Positions 23,350 through 34,959 of a DNA stretch of 64,000 nt are shown in pieces. Origin of the DNA: Paragordius varius. Its lineage: Eukaryota > Animalia > Nematomorpha. The stretch's first letter is position 1, and each line of letters opens with the position of its first letter. The notes beneath the pieces are model-generated. The model had not been told where the DNA came from, searched no databases, and saw nothing but the letters and a program-made list of their open reading frames with translations. A program made the position numbers and the translations under genes. The stretch is from positions 10,540,001 to 10,604,000 of the forward strand of contig OZ176051.1 of assembly GCA_964247055.1 (NCBI GenBank), in the 5' to 3' direction.

Positions 23350-23690
23350 ATAAATACGAATAATTTTTACTAAACTGTTAGTAATAGCTGCGTTTTTAAA
23401 GCTTTTTTGTGCCATATTATTTTTGTTAAAAAATCTTTTTTTTACATTGAGCCATTATATATATCTTGACATTTTTTCTCCAAGAATTTTAATTTTATAA
23501 CTACAAATAAAAGATAAAATATTGATTATGATTAAAATTTAGTTTTTTTGTGATATATGTGCGGTTTATTCAATTATAATTTCATAGATAGCTACATTCC
23601 AGTGCACACTAGCTATTAATAAATACGTTTTACTCAGTTCAAAGGCAAAATTTTTTTAGACCGCTATACGTCCTGCTATACGTCCTGCTA

Positions 23691-25815
23691 CACAGTGCGC
23701 ACAAAAAAATAAACAAACATGATTTATATCTAGAATGATAAGAAATCCCTTCGAAAAGGAGACCCCAAAAATTTTGGGGCAAAAATTCGACCCAAAATGT
23801 AAATATTCCATTTTTGATTAGAAATAGATTTTTGTCCATGTTTTTAAAACTTATTGAGCAAACATGATAAAACTTTTATATATTATATAAAACCTAATAT
23901 ATTCTTAAGAAAAATACATAAAATTATTTTAAAATATCAATAATTTTTTTTATTCCACAATAATAAAAAGTAAATTTTATGATATTGTCGAAATATATTA
24001 TAAAAAAATTATTTGTAAGAACACCATATTGTTATTATTATTTAAGTTTATGACTTATATATAACATACCAAAGAATTGGTATATATAATAAAGGCTATG
24101 TATCTTTTTAAGTCCCTCAAAAAATTTGTATTTTTAGAAAAATTTTCGCGATTTTTGTTGCATTTTCCTCACATGCTTCTCACTGTTTCATAAATACATT
24201 AATCCGCAATTTTCAAATGCAAATACTGAAAAAACCAATAAAACTTCAAGATTATGAAATTCCCATTACATTACTTTGGATAAATATTTATATACTATTT
24301 AATCTATAGATGATAAATTAAATTAAAGACCTTTTGATCATAATATAGAATTTTCCTTGCACCAAAATTATTCTGACATTTGTATATAATCTACCTCCAG
24401 AAACTCTATTGCCAAATTATAAATCAAACAATTATTACAATTATATATATTGAAAAACTGATAATAAATGGATTTATTTTTATTCGATATAATTTTTAGC
24501 ATTCTTTACAATAGGAATATTTAATTAGGTTTCTACAAAATTTTAAAATAAAAATGTTCCGGTCTTATCAAGATATTGTCAAATACAAACTTCGTTTGCA
24601 AAAATTGCTCCTGCAACATCTCTTCAACTCCCAACCATACGATACACAATGAATCTGATTATGAAACAGTTGGTCAATTCAAATATCTAGATCACATTAT
24701 TACTGCCAACGGTGTCGTAACTGAGGCTATCGATTGAATCACACAAACATGGAAAAGCTACCATGCACTCATAATAAATATTAATGATGCTCTCGATCGC
24801 ACTTCTTGGAGAAAAAAATACGACAAGCTTCAAATCTGAAGATAGTCTAACCCAACAACAACACTTCAAATACATATAAGAATTTTAATTTATTTATACA
24901 CAATGAATATATTAGTCAGACATAAAATGATTCCAATAGTATTCACCAATTATTGGAACTAGTATAGTTTTTTTCTATATGTTTGAGCGTTTGATGGAAC
25001 CGTTCTCCATCCTGGTCTGTAGCCCTCCACCTGAATTAGTATAATTACCTTGGTGTGGGCTCATATTTCCTTGTAATGAACTAATTTCTCAGCAAAATAC
25101 ATGTTGTAATAGGTAATTCTTTGTTCAGTTATTTTAATCAAATAGGTAGGGCGATGATACCTTCCATATATATATTGCAGAAAAGGTCTTTATTCAATTT
25201 GCAATTGAATTTATTAACTATGTTATTAAATAATATATATACTTTTATCCAAAGTAAAGGGAATTTCATAATCCTGAAGTTTAATTGGTTTTTTCAGTAT
25301 TTGCATTTGAAAATTGCGGATTAATGTATTTATGAAACAGTGAGAAGCATGTGAGGAAAATGCAACAAAAATCGCGAAAATTTTTCAAAAAATACAAATT
25401 TTTTGAGGGATTTAAAAAGATACATAGCCTTTATTATATATACCAATTCTTTGGTATGTTATATATAAGTCATAAACCTAAATAATAATAACAATATGGA
25501 GTTCTTACAAATAATTTTTTTATAATATATTTCGACAATATTATAAAATTTACGAATTTCTATTTTTGTGGAATAAAAAAAATTATTGATACTTTAAAAT
25601 AATTTTATGTATTTTTCTTAAGAACATATTAGGTTTTATATAATAAATATGGACAAAAATCTATTTCTAGTCAAAAATGAAAAAATGGAATATTTTATTT
25701 TGGGGCGCATTTTTGCCCCAAAATTTTTGGGGTCTCCTTTTCCAAGAGATTTCTTATTATTCTAGATAAAAATCATGTTTGTTTATTTTTTTACCCCCCT
25801 TTTTTGCGCACAGTG
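23691..25815. mobile_element. Tc1/mariner-like non-autonomous element with ~650-bp TIRs
   Basis: 23691-~24350 is the reverse complement of ~25170-25815, with one deletion in the right arm. The reverse-complemented right terminus cactgtgcgcaaaaaag matches the 3684 element terminus at 16/17. The left end is preceded by TA. Confidence 0.9.
24550..24790 (+). mobile_element. RTE-type LINE fragment inside the long-TIR element
   Basis: KCSGLIKILSNTNFVCKNC...ETVGQFKYLDHIITANGVVTEAID: the Cys motif plus the FKYLG-type motif of the RTE RT C-terminal region. Confidence 0.75.
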
Positions 25816-26530
25816 CTATACTATATGGTACGGTAACATGGCCTATGACTAAATTAAATATCACTGCAGGGTGAGCAAAAATTCCTAAACGCCATTCTTT
25901 TCGCACATAACATTAACATCTACACTTTCCAAGCCAAATTTTGCCCCTATTAAACCCTACAATCAAACCAATTAATACAGCTATCCGTGTTTGCGTTGGG
26001 CTCATCCACAAAGCTCAACACACAAACTGGATAAAGCTTATACAGTCTTATTCAACTAATAATAAGAACAAGAGAACCTAGATTTCAATATTAAAGTCAA
26101 ACAAGCAGTAGACAGAAAGGAAAGGGATACAATATCACGCTAAACTTCTTTAAGAGAGATAATAGTGGATAAAGGTGAAAAAAAGCTAAGACCCTTTTAA
26201 GCTTGCATTAATTTGATTTAGTCATTTCATTTATTGAACATACCGTATTAGAAAAACGCTTTTAAAAATAGAGCCAATCTTCTTGAAGAAAAATTAATGA
26301 TTTAGTCATTTATTTTTTATAATTGATACCGGGGGTTCGGTTACTCTCATAGATAAAACCATTTTATTTGCATTTTCTATGCGAGTGACATTTTTGGTTT
26401 TTTGAAACCAACCTCCTGAAATTCTATTTTATTTGCATATAAATACTTTTTAATATTAAGATAACTTATCATTGGACAAATTAAATCTTGCTAAGCCATA
26501 TCATTGATAAATTTTATTAAGCTGCTTTTG

Positions 26531-26774
26531 CAGTTCAAATTATGTGGACAAAATGTAAAAATATAAAAATATTTTTTTCCAAAAGATACCATACTTTTAA
26601 AACCTTAATGTTTCCCATAGAAGCTACTTAGTTACAATAGAAAATTGATTGTTATATCTATTTTATATTTTCAGTTTAATGACTTATAAAAATCAAGATT
26701 TAAAAAAGAATATTTTTTTTAAAAAAAATATTCGTCTATTTTTACATTATGTTCGCATAATTTTAATTTTACAG
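26531..26774. mobile_element. Tc1/mariner-like MITE family, copy F
   Basis: cagttcaaattatgtggacaaaatgtaaaaatata ... tttacattatgttcgcataattttaattttacag|ta. Confidence 0.75.
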
Positions 26775-27657
26775 TATTTTATAAAAAAGGTACAACTTCT
26801 AGGATAGCCCTTCATATTTCAAATGAAATTATTACATAATTAGTAAATTAAGGTCGAAAATGATGGATTGATTTATAATTATTTGGTAACATATTTCTTA
26901 CCACAAATGTTTTGAGGGAGATTTCTTAATAGGGAAAAGCAATTTAACTCGTTCAAAATTTTCAATTGTCATTGGGTAAATTTTAAATAATAAAACGTAA
27001 GTTCTGAAGTTTAAATGGTAAATTATTCGATTTTTAGGGTACTAATCATAAAATATTAATTCTACTCTTAAAGCAAAAGTTATCTCTCGAGAGGAGGCGT
27101 CATTTTGAAGGAAAATAGGATAGTCCGAAAAATGCGAAATAAAAAAATTCGATGTGAGAGAGTTGAGATCGAAATATAAAAGCTATTTTTTGTAAATTAG
27201 GCAATGGCTTAAAAATATAGTTGAAACACTTTAATGGATTTGTTGAGATTAATTAACATCTTTGGCCCTTATTTAGTAGGGCAAGTGATAGAAATCATTT
27301 GAAATTAAAAATATGATTGTATCCTTATACATATAATATTTATTTTTCATTTTTACGTTTTGTCTATAATGATTTATTTTTTATTGTATTTTTAATTTAT
27401 TACTATTCTTTCCAAAGTTTAGTTTTTTCGATAAAAATAAAAATAATTGTCAGCTATAAATTGTAAAATATAAAGCCTGATAAATTAGGAATGTCATGAT
27501 GCTAAAAATTAAAAATTAATAATGTGTCAACTGAACCTTAAAATAATTATTTTATCTGTATTAATTTTTAAATAATCTGAAAATACCTTCCTTTTTTATT
27601 TTTTAAAATTCTAGTTAAAATATTTATTATACAATTACATACATTGAAATTGGTATT

Positions 27658-29508
27658 ATGCTAATAACTCACCAAAAAAATCAATTAATATCTATATGGA
27701 TTACCTTAATTTTCATGATTCTAATTTTGATAATATTCACAGATAAGTATATATCAGTCAAATATATGGTCTCATGGCAAACGTATCGATATATCTTACA
27801 ACTTTGCAATAATGTATCAACTCCAAAAATATTTTTACCCCTAAATCATAAACCACAAAATGGTATTGCTGTTAAAAACATGCCCAATAAAAATTATTTT
27901 AGGCAGAATAAAAAGGTAATAACAGCCCTGTCTCATGCTTTGCAGAGCAATAATGGTTTTGTCGAATATGATATTAATCTTCCCTACTGTAAAATTCCTA
28001 AATTAATTCAACCAGCTACAAAACTTAATCGTTCAAGACGATATTCGGAATGTGCTGGAAAAACGAATCTTAAACCATTTACCAATGTAAAAAACGGTAT
28101 TTTGAGAATAAACAAAGACCGATTGAAATACTACTTTTCCGAAACTCCAAATATTTCACCGTCAAATATAATTTGCACATATGGGAAAATTGAAAGAGAT
28201 ATGACAACTCAACAGCCTGATAAAATGATTAGGTTTGTTTTAAGAGGTTCAATGACAATAAACTCACATATTAAAATCCTGGATGAATTTATACTAGTCC
28301 GTTGTTTTAAGGACGAAAATGCTCTTAAAGCAGTTATTCCTTTTTACAGCCATGTGCATTTTAATGATATCTACACAAAGAGCTCCGTATACACTGAAGA
28401 AATACCAGTTATTGCCGAAGGTAATCTAAGTTTTGTTGAAATATATGGTTTTTTTATCATTAAAATAAATTATACAGACAAAACTAAAAAACTAAGAGAC
28501 AAAAATTTTGTTAATAAGATAACCATTTTTAACCCCCATATATATATTATTTGATAAATCTAAAATACATAAATGTGTTACCAATTTACATCTCTATTTC
28601 ATACTTGGCAATTTAAAAAGACGAGATATGTTTAAAAAGTACAGTAGTCTTTTGAAAAAAAATATTTGTGTTTAGATTGGTTCTGCTCATTGAAAAGGTT
28701 GTTCCAAAAAGAAAGTCTCGTGTATTTGTTATCTCCATAAAGTTCTAATTATAGGTTAAGTTTGTATCTAATTTGTGTTAGGCTAGATCCACTTTGTTTG
28801 CTATGTTTTATGGGGTCTGCCCGCTTTACGGTGTTCACTTTGTAAAATGGTTTTTAGTATGTGGGACGGATCTCTACGATATATATGACCCCTCCATCTT
28901 AGCCTACCCATTTGGATGATATCGGCCATTGATTTTATTTAAGAGGACAGTGTGGAGGTCATGGTTCGTTGTGTAATTTGCAAATATAAAATTGTAATCA
29001 AAAATCTACGTTTTGATTGAATTAATTAGCGGAGTGTGTTTTTCAGTGCCCATGTTTCCGATCCGTATTTTAACACCAATTGAATAGCTTTGGTGTATAA
29101 TTGAGCTATTGTGAGGTTAATACATCTGTTTGCAGAATATTTCCACGAGTGAAGAATATTCCAGCTCTGAATATGCGATGCTTGACAGTTTCTTCAAGCC
29201 CTCCACCTGCTGACATCTTATCTCCCAGTTAAACCAATTTTTCAACTATCTCAATCCCAAACTTGGTGATGATAACGTAATTTAGGACTCGGAGATTCTT
29301 TCAAGCATTTTTGGCATATAAAATTTAGGTTGTTTAGTGGAAGGTTTGAAAGATTAGTAATATTTTTTATGTAACCAGAATTTGCATTGTGGGCAATGGA
29401 TCGAAGTGTTTTTAACCTCTTTGCCGCATTTTCGGCATGAGTTTTTAATTTTTTTGATACCATCCATCATTAATTTTGTAATTTAATAAATTACAAACTA
29501 TAGTTTTA

Positions 29509-29546
<38 letters not shown>

Positions 29547-32540
29547 CACCTAATAAACTTGTCTAATAGATTCTGTGCCTCCCAAAATCCAGCTACCAAA
29601 CATACTTATGTTAGGTGTTGATTCTCTCTCCAGATCTCATTACATATCACACATGAAAGCAATGCAAACATTTTTCTCCAGGAATAGCTCATTTTCCCGA
29701 ACACATTCTACCTTTTTATTTGATGGTTACGTTAAAATTGGTGATAATACCTTTCCCAATTTATATCCCTTGTTGACAGGGACCCCAATATCATTAGAAT
29801 CAATGGAACAGCATATTGCTTTTAGGGACAATTTTTTTGATCCACAACACTTTATATGGAAGAAATATGAATCACAATTAAAATACCTGACAATGTACAT
29901 TGAGGATAGCTCTGAATTGGGTACATTCAGTTATCATAAACATGGATTTTACAAAACACCAACACATTATTATTTTAGACCATTGGCCATTACACTCCGC
30001 AAATTAAGAAAATCAAGTAATCTAGTTTACATATTTCAGTGCCATAACGTTTCTTTATTAATAAACTACCGATAAGATGGGTCACATTAGTTTATAGGGA
30101 TATAATATGATAAATATGTGATATAATTAAATTATATCACATTTCTCTAAAAATATTTTTTCTTAAACTTAATATATTACTTCATTTCCAGAAACCATAT
30201 AAAATGTTTGCTCAAATGCTCTAGATTCCACGCCTTGCAATTCACATTTGTCTGAAGTCAAGCTCATGTTTAAATATACCTTAACGAGAATAAGAGACGC
30301 TCTAGGAAAAAATCCGTATTTTGCATTTGTTTTTACTAGCCGTTTAACCCATAATTCCCCCTATGAATTCGATCAAATAGAAAGTTTAATCCATGTTATG
30401 CTGTCGCGTATGCAGAAAAGGGGCGATCTCAAAAACACCATTGTAATTTTGTTTGGAGATCATGGTATAAGACACGGGGTAAATAGAAACAGTTTTACGG
30501 GTAGGTGATTTGAATATATATTACAGTAAATAAAATTATTCTTCCAATATTAATATTTTATTTAATTTAACAGGTGTTTTTATTACAGCATTTTACCCTA
30601 AATAACTTTCATTACAAACATAAGTTATTTAATCATAAAAATTAACAAATGTTTTTTATCGCCTTAATCCGTTTTTTAAGTCCCAAATTTTTAAAACTTT
30701 AAGACTACCTTAACATTTAAATAGTAACTATTGTCACATTAGTAATCTTTTTCTAGATATTAACAAAATAATTGGTTTGCTTTTTACATAATTGACATAA
30801 TGTCCGTATATCATTTTTAGATTATGGAAAATTATAAAAATAATGTCAATTTTTAATGATGGCATAAATTACACTCCTGAATCTTATTATCTAGTTCGTA
30901 TAAAATTTGGAAATCGACGGTTTTAGTTTTGGTTATAGAAATTATAAGACAAAACGTAAAAAATAGATAAATATTTCAAAGATGTTTTATTTTTTAAATT
31001 TTTAAGATTCTCAAAAACTCCTTTTTGAAATAAAACCATTTTTCAGTTTATTATGTTTTGACTTTAAACTTTTTATTTATACTGTGGCTTCACTCTAATT
31101 TAAAATATCATTATCCTAGGTCGTAAAAGGCTGGGGAATTGTCCTTAACATATGTTTGAATTATTTTAAAAGTTTTGCATAAGGTTGAGTTTAATACAAC
31201 TGCTTTCATTCAAGGCCATCATAATCAACTTTCTTTTTATCGGTTTAACTAATGGTTGTCCGACAGCGGCAAAAATTTAATAAATTACCAAATAATTTTT
31301 TCACATTTTGAAATATATGGTCACAAAATTTTGAAGGATAAATTTTCAAAAACGTCTTCCAGATCGTCAAACAACAAGCAAAAAATGGTCAAAATAATAG
31401 TAAATCTGTCATTTTTTAGAGCTTTATCATGAAAATAAAAAATATATAATGCCCATATTTTCAAATGCGGTCCGCCCGATTTTTTGAGTTGAAAATATGG
31501 CCTGCAAGCCATTTGACTTGAAACCCTATGTAAGAGACGGATTAAACATCAAATGTAAAGTTTCATAAACTTTGTAATAAATTATGGACAATTCTTAGTT
31601 TTATATTTTTATAAATTCCTATGGTTAATATAGATAGAATTAGGAGATTAAATACTCTCTAGGTATAAAATTACATCTTGGACCGTGTTTTTTAATAATT
31701 AAAGCTTGTTATTTTTGTTATTGTACAATAAATTTTGATAAATGCAATAAAGGTATGATGGCGGATAGATTACCCTTGTTACACATCTCTATTCCGAAAA
31801 CAGTTTTGCAGTTCCTTTCTCTCCAAGATGAAAACGTTGAAAAAAATTTGCTTTGGAACACCAAAAATCTCGTAACTCCGCTAAATTTACATGCCACTCT
31901 CCAAGATTTAATGGAACGTATCGTCTATCATATTAGCCAACTTTCTAACCTCAACAAAGCAAACAGTGGCAAAAATGACAATTCTAAACGGCATCAGAGT
32001 TTGTTCAATTTCATTCCTAATAATGTCAAGTGTGAAGATGTGGGAATCAGATCTGCATTTTGTCCATGTAATATTTTACCTAGCCGGATAAATATAAATC
32101 ATACGATATATCAGGTTAGTGCTCAACGAGTAATCAAAGCTTTAAATTTTATGTTAGAATCAACGAATGAAACAAAATATAAATGCCATGAATTAAGGCT
32201 AAAAACCATATCATCCGCATATATATTGGCCAAAACTGCTAAAATACTACCAGATATTTCAAACGATACTAAAATTGAAGATTTAATTACTGATAGCAAA
32301 ATAATCAGTGGTGATAAAATGGTGATTACACACCAGAAATCAATACTTTCTGATTTATGGCTTAGATTAATCATAAAAACATTTCCAGGAAAAGCGCTTT
32401 TTGAGGCAACTTTAGGCTGGGATGAAACGACACACGCCTTTACCAAATTGGACAAAGAAATTGAACGCATCAACACTTACGGACACCAATCTGATTGTAT
32501 CAAACATGATATATTGCGAAAATATTGTTTTTGTAAATAA
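27658..32540 (+). CDS. DUF229-domain protein (alkaline phosphatase/sulfatase-like superfamily), N-terminal membrane anchor, 757 aa; join(27658..28420,29570..30016,30225..30500,31753..32540)
   Basis: Three phase-1 GT-AG introns give 2274 nt in frame. Motifs: PNILMLGVDSLSR, GYVKIGDNTFPNLYPLLTG, IEDS...GF...PTHYYFRP, LTHN, NTIVILFGDHG, G|MMADRLP, NLVTPLNLHATLQD, CEDVGIRSAFCPC, IERINTYGHQSDCI...LRKYCFC. Hydrophobic segment at residues ~10-27. Confidence 0.93.
28700..29480 (-). mobile_element. RTE-type LINE 3' fragment in DUF229 intron 1
   Basis: Minus-strand broken translation ...NLNFICQKCL... LKYGSETWAL (~29050-29070) ... IIQMGRLRWRGHIYRR (~28880-28920) ... KAGRP. Confidence 0.9.
29512..29544. 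repeat. (AT)n microsatellite
   Basis: Directly visible. It ends ~25 nt upstream of the DUF229 exon 2 acceptor. Confidence 0.95.
31249..31530. mobile_element. hAT-Charlie-type MITE, degenerate
   Basis: Left end ctaatggttgtccgacagcggc and right end ggcctgcaagccatttgacttgaaaccctatg resemble the termini of the 20259-20518 element. Confidence 0.5.
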
Positions 32541-33269
32541 ATTTTGCTTTTTTATATGATCTTTAGTTAAATCCCTATGAAATAGAAGTCGTTAAAATGG
32601 TCTAGTATATATAATGATTTAGCACCCTAAATGTGTGCTTTCCCCAATTTTAGATACTATTTAATTTTTGAAATTACATTGAATAAGTATGTACAAAGGG
32701 CAGAAAACTGGTCATCAGCCTTAATGTAAAACTTCCAAAATGATTTTTAACAGAAGACTGTTTTTGAGAATGGTTAGATGTTTATTTAAAAATATTAGAT
32801 AAGTGTTTATTATTTTAATATTGTAGCGGCCCATCTTTTGGATTTATATGGTTCCTCATCATGGATTCAACTTTGTTATTTAAAATGAAAAAAATACAGT
32901 CTTCGGGCGATTTGGCTCTTCTAACACTGTCATAAAAGTTTATTATATTACATATGTTCCTATATATAAATCTTCTTTGAAAGGAGGTTTTTCACCCTTA
33001 ATTTAATTTTCAGACCTGAGAAGCAGTTTGATCAGCGAATTGCTTGGTGCAATATTTTTAAAATTAAAAAATATGATTTTTTAGATGCCATACTTAATTT
33101 AATCTCATTAACACCTTTATATATATATACATTTTCCTATTGTATTTTTATAACTAGAATTTATAATACTACACTATATTTCTTTCACTATACATTTGGC
33201 AATTTAGAATAAATTTTTTGATTTATAATTGTTAACATTTTGGTTTTATAAATTATTTGATCAAAATTC

Positions 33270-33385
33270 AGGAATCGAAAATGGAAACGGTTCTAAATGT
33301 AAAGAACTGGTTCCGGAACCGCAAAATTTTTAGGGAACCAACGCGATTCCGGTTCCACTTTTAGACCGGTTTCGTCGCATCTTTA
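33270..33385. mobile_element. hAT (Ac-like) right terminus fragment
   Basis: Clustered ggaacc/ggttcc/accggt subterminal motifs ending in gtcgcatcttta, a TAGGGATG-like terminus. Confidence 0.45.
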
Positions 33386-33481
33386 AATAAATAAATAGCA
33401 TCCTTTTTCGTATTTATTTGCCTATGTGTTTCGCGAAAAATTAGTTCTAAGCTGAATTCTGATTTTTATGAATATATAAAT

Positions 33482-33540
33482 CAGGGGTGGTCAACACAAA
33501 TGGCTTTGTGGGCCGCATTAAAAATAATATATGAGCATTA
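33482..33540. mobile_element. hAT-Charlie-type MITE terminus
   Basis: caggggtggtcaacacaaatggctttgtgggccgcatt is the reverse complement of the family right end. The other end was not identified. Confidence 0.55.
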
Positions 33541-34260
33541 TCAAATATATTTTTTCAAAAATTAATGCTCCTAAAAAACGAATATAAACACAATATTTTT
33601 CTGAGCAATCCGTTGTAATATGGCTTAAGAATTACCTGTTGATATTAAATCAAATAATCTAACCCTCCAAGGAAATGTTAGCGCATAAACAACTTTAAAT
33701 TAACATATCTCACCTAAAATCATGTCAAAGACTAATATTATTTTTTTAAAATCTTGCCTACACATCCTGTACAAAATATATTAAGCTGATTTTCAAATTT
33801 AATAACAAATGGTACTATATGTATTTATAAAAAGTGTTCGCTCTGCGATGCAAGATAACCGTCTAGAACTGACCAATGTAGTAATATTATTTAGTTTCTT
33901 ATGTATGTTACTTAAAAAAATTCAATCTTCTCATTTTGTAGTATATTTAACATGATTAACAAATATTTCCACATATTGCCAGTTATGTAGAGCGAGAGTT
34001 TTCATTAAAACTAAAAAATCCATTATAGTTTGTTTCTTCGGCGGCTTTTTTAACAATCCAAAACGGTTATTTTTGTTCAGACCAAAAAACAAACTGCTTT
34101 TGTGGCAAAACATTATTTTTGGATGAAATATTGTTTAATAAAATCATCATCGAAAAATACTTTAATTTTGACAAGTTTCAGTAATTATCTTTTTCCATTG
34201 CAAATGGTGTAAAAAACGGCTTTTTTGAAAATGGAAACTGACATAATCCAAATTATTTAA

Positions 34261-34842
34261 CACTTCGATTCAAATTGGGGTATCTAAATACCCCAGACTA
34301 AATTTAAATTAAGAATTTTAAAAAACTACTGAAAGAAACGGTCCCAATTTAAATTTATGCTTCGATCCTAATCAAAATTATATAAATATGCCTAAATATC
34401 TTGATGAAATTTTGTTTTGAAAAAAAAGTTCCATGTCAATCTACTTGGAGGCCATTTTTATTTTACACAATTTTTGCAAAATATCGTCTTCGTTTAATTT
34501 TAAGGGTAAAATTAAAGCTAATTTTTTATTTAAATCACATTTAACATTGATAGAAATAGAAATAGCGGTTTATTTTGTATTATTTTTTAATTTTACCATT
34601 TCACACATGTTATGTTGATGAAATTTTTACCTTTCAGTTTTAGCTTAAAATAAGTAATACCAAATATTTTTGAATGAAGTTTTTTATATATTTCGGTTTA
34701 TTAATGTTATATAAGTGCAAAATTTTGCCATAGTTTGGATTCCTTCCATATTTTTTAAAGAATTTAATTTTAAACAGGGCTGGGGTATTTAACTACCCCA
34801 ATTTGAATCGAAGGACTAAAAGTAATGTGTTGTATCCAAGTG
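34261..34842. mobile_element. piggyBac-like MITE
   Basis: Flanked by ttaa (34257-34260 and 34843-34846), with cactt...aagtg termini and a 34-bp subterminal inverted repeat (32/34 match). Confidence 0.8.
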
Positions 34843-34959
34843 TTAAAATAATTTCATTAAAAAATTGACCGGTTTCGTTCGGTGTCAAATGAATATTATG
34901 TTAAAATTTTGGTCTTATAATTAATTGAAATTTCTCAAAAGTCATAGTTATTATAAATA

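Noticed and set aside
793-34618. Numerous 60-130-aa ORFs in the track (e.g. 793-1023, 4859-5178, 6663-7077, 8382-8796, 14387-14659, 15470-15697, 16749-17015, 20184-20387, 23639-23839, 25121-25324, 31321-31512, 32123-32476, 33931-34618)
   Set aside because: They have F/I/K/N-rich compositions typical of AT-rich non-coding DNA, lie within MITEs or repeats, or are antisense shadows of real exons.
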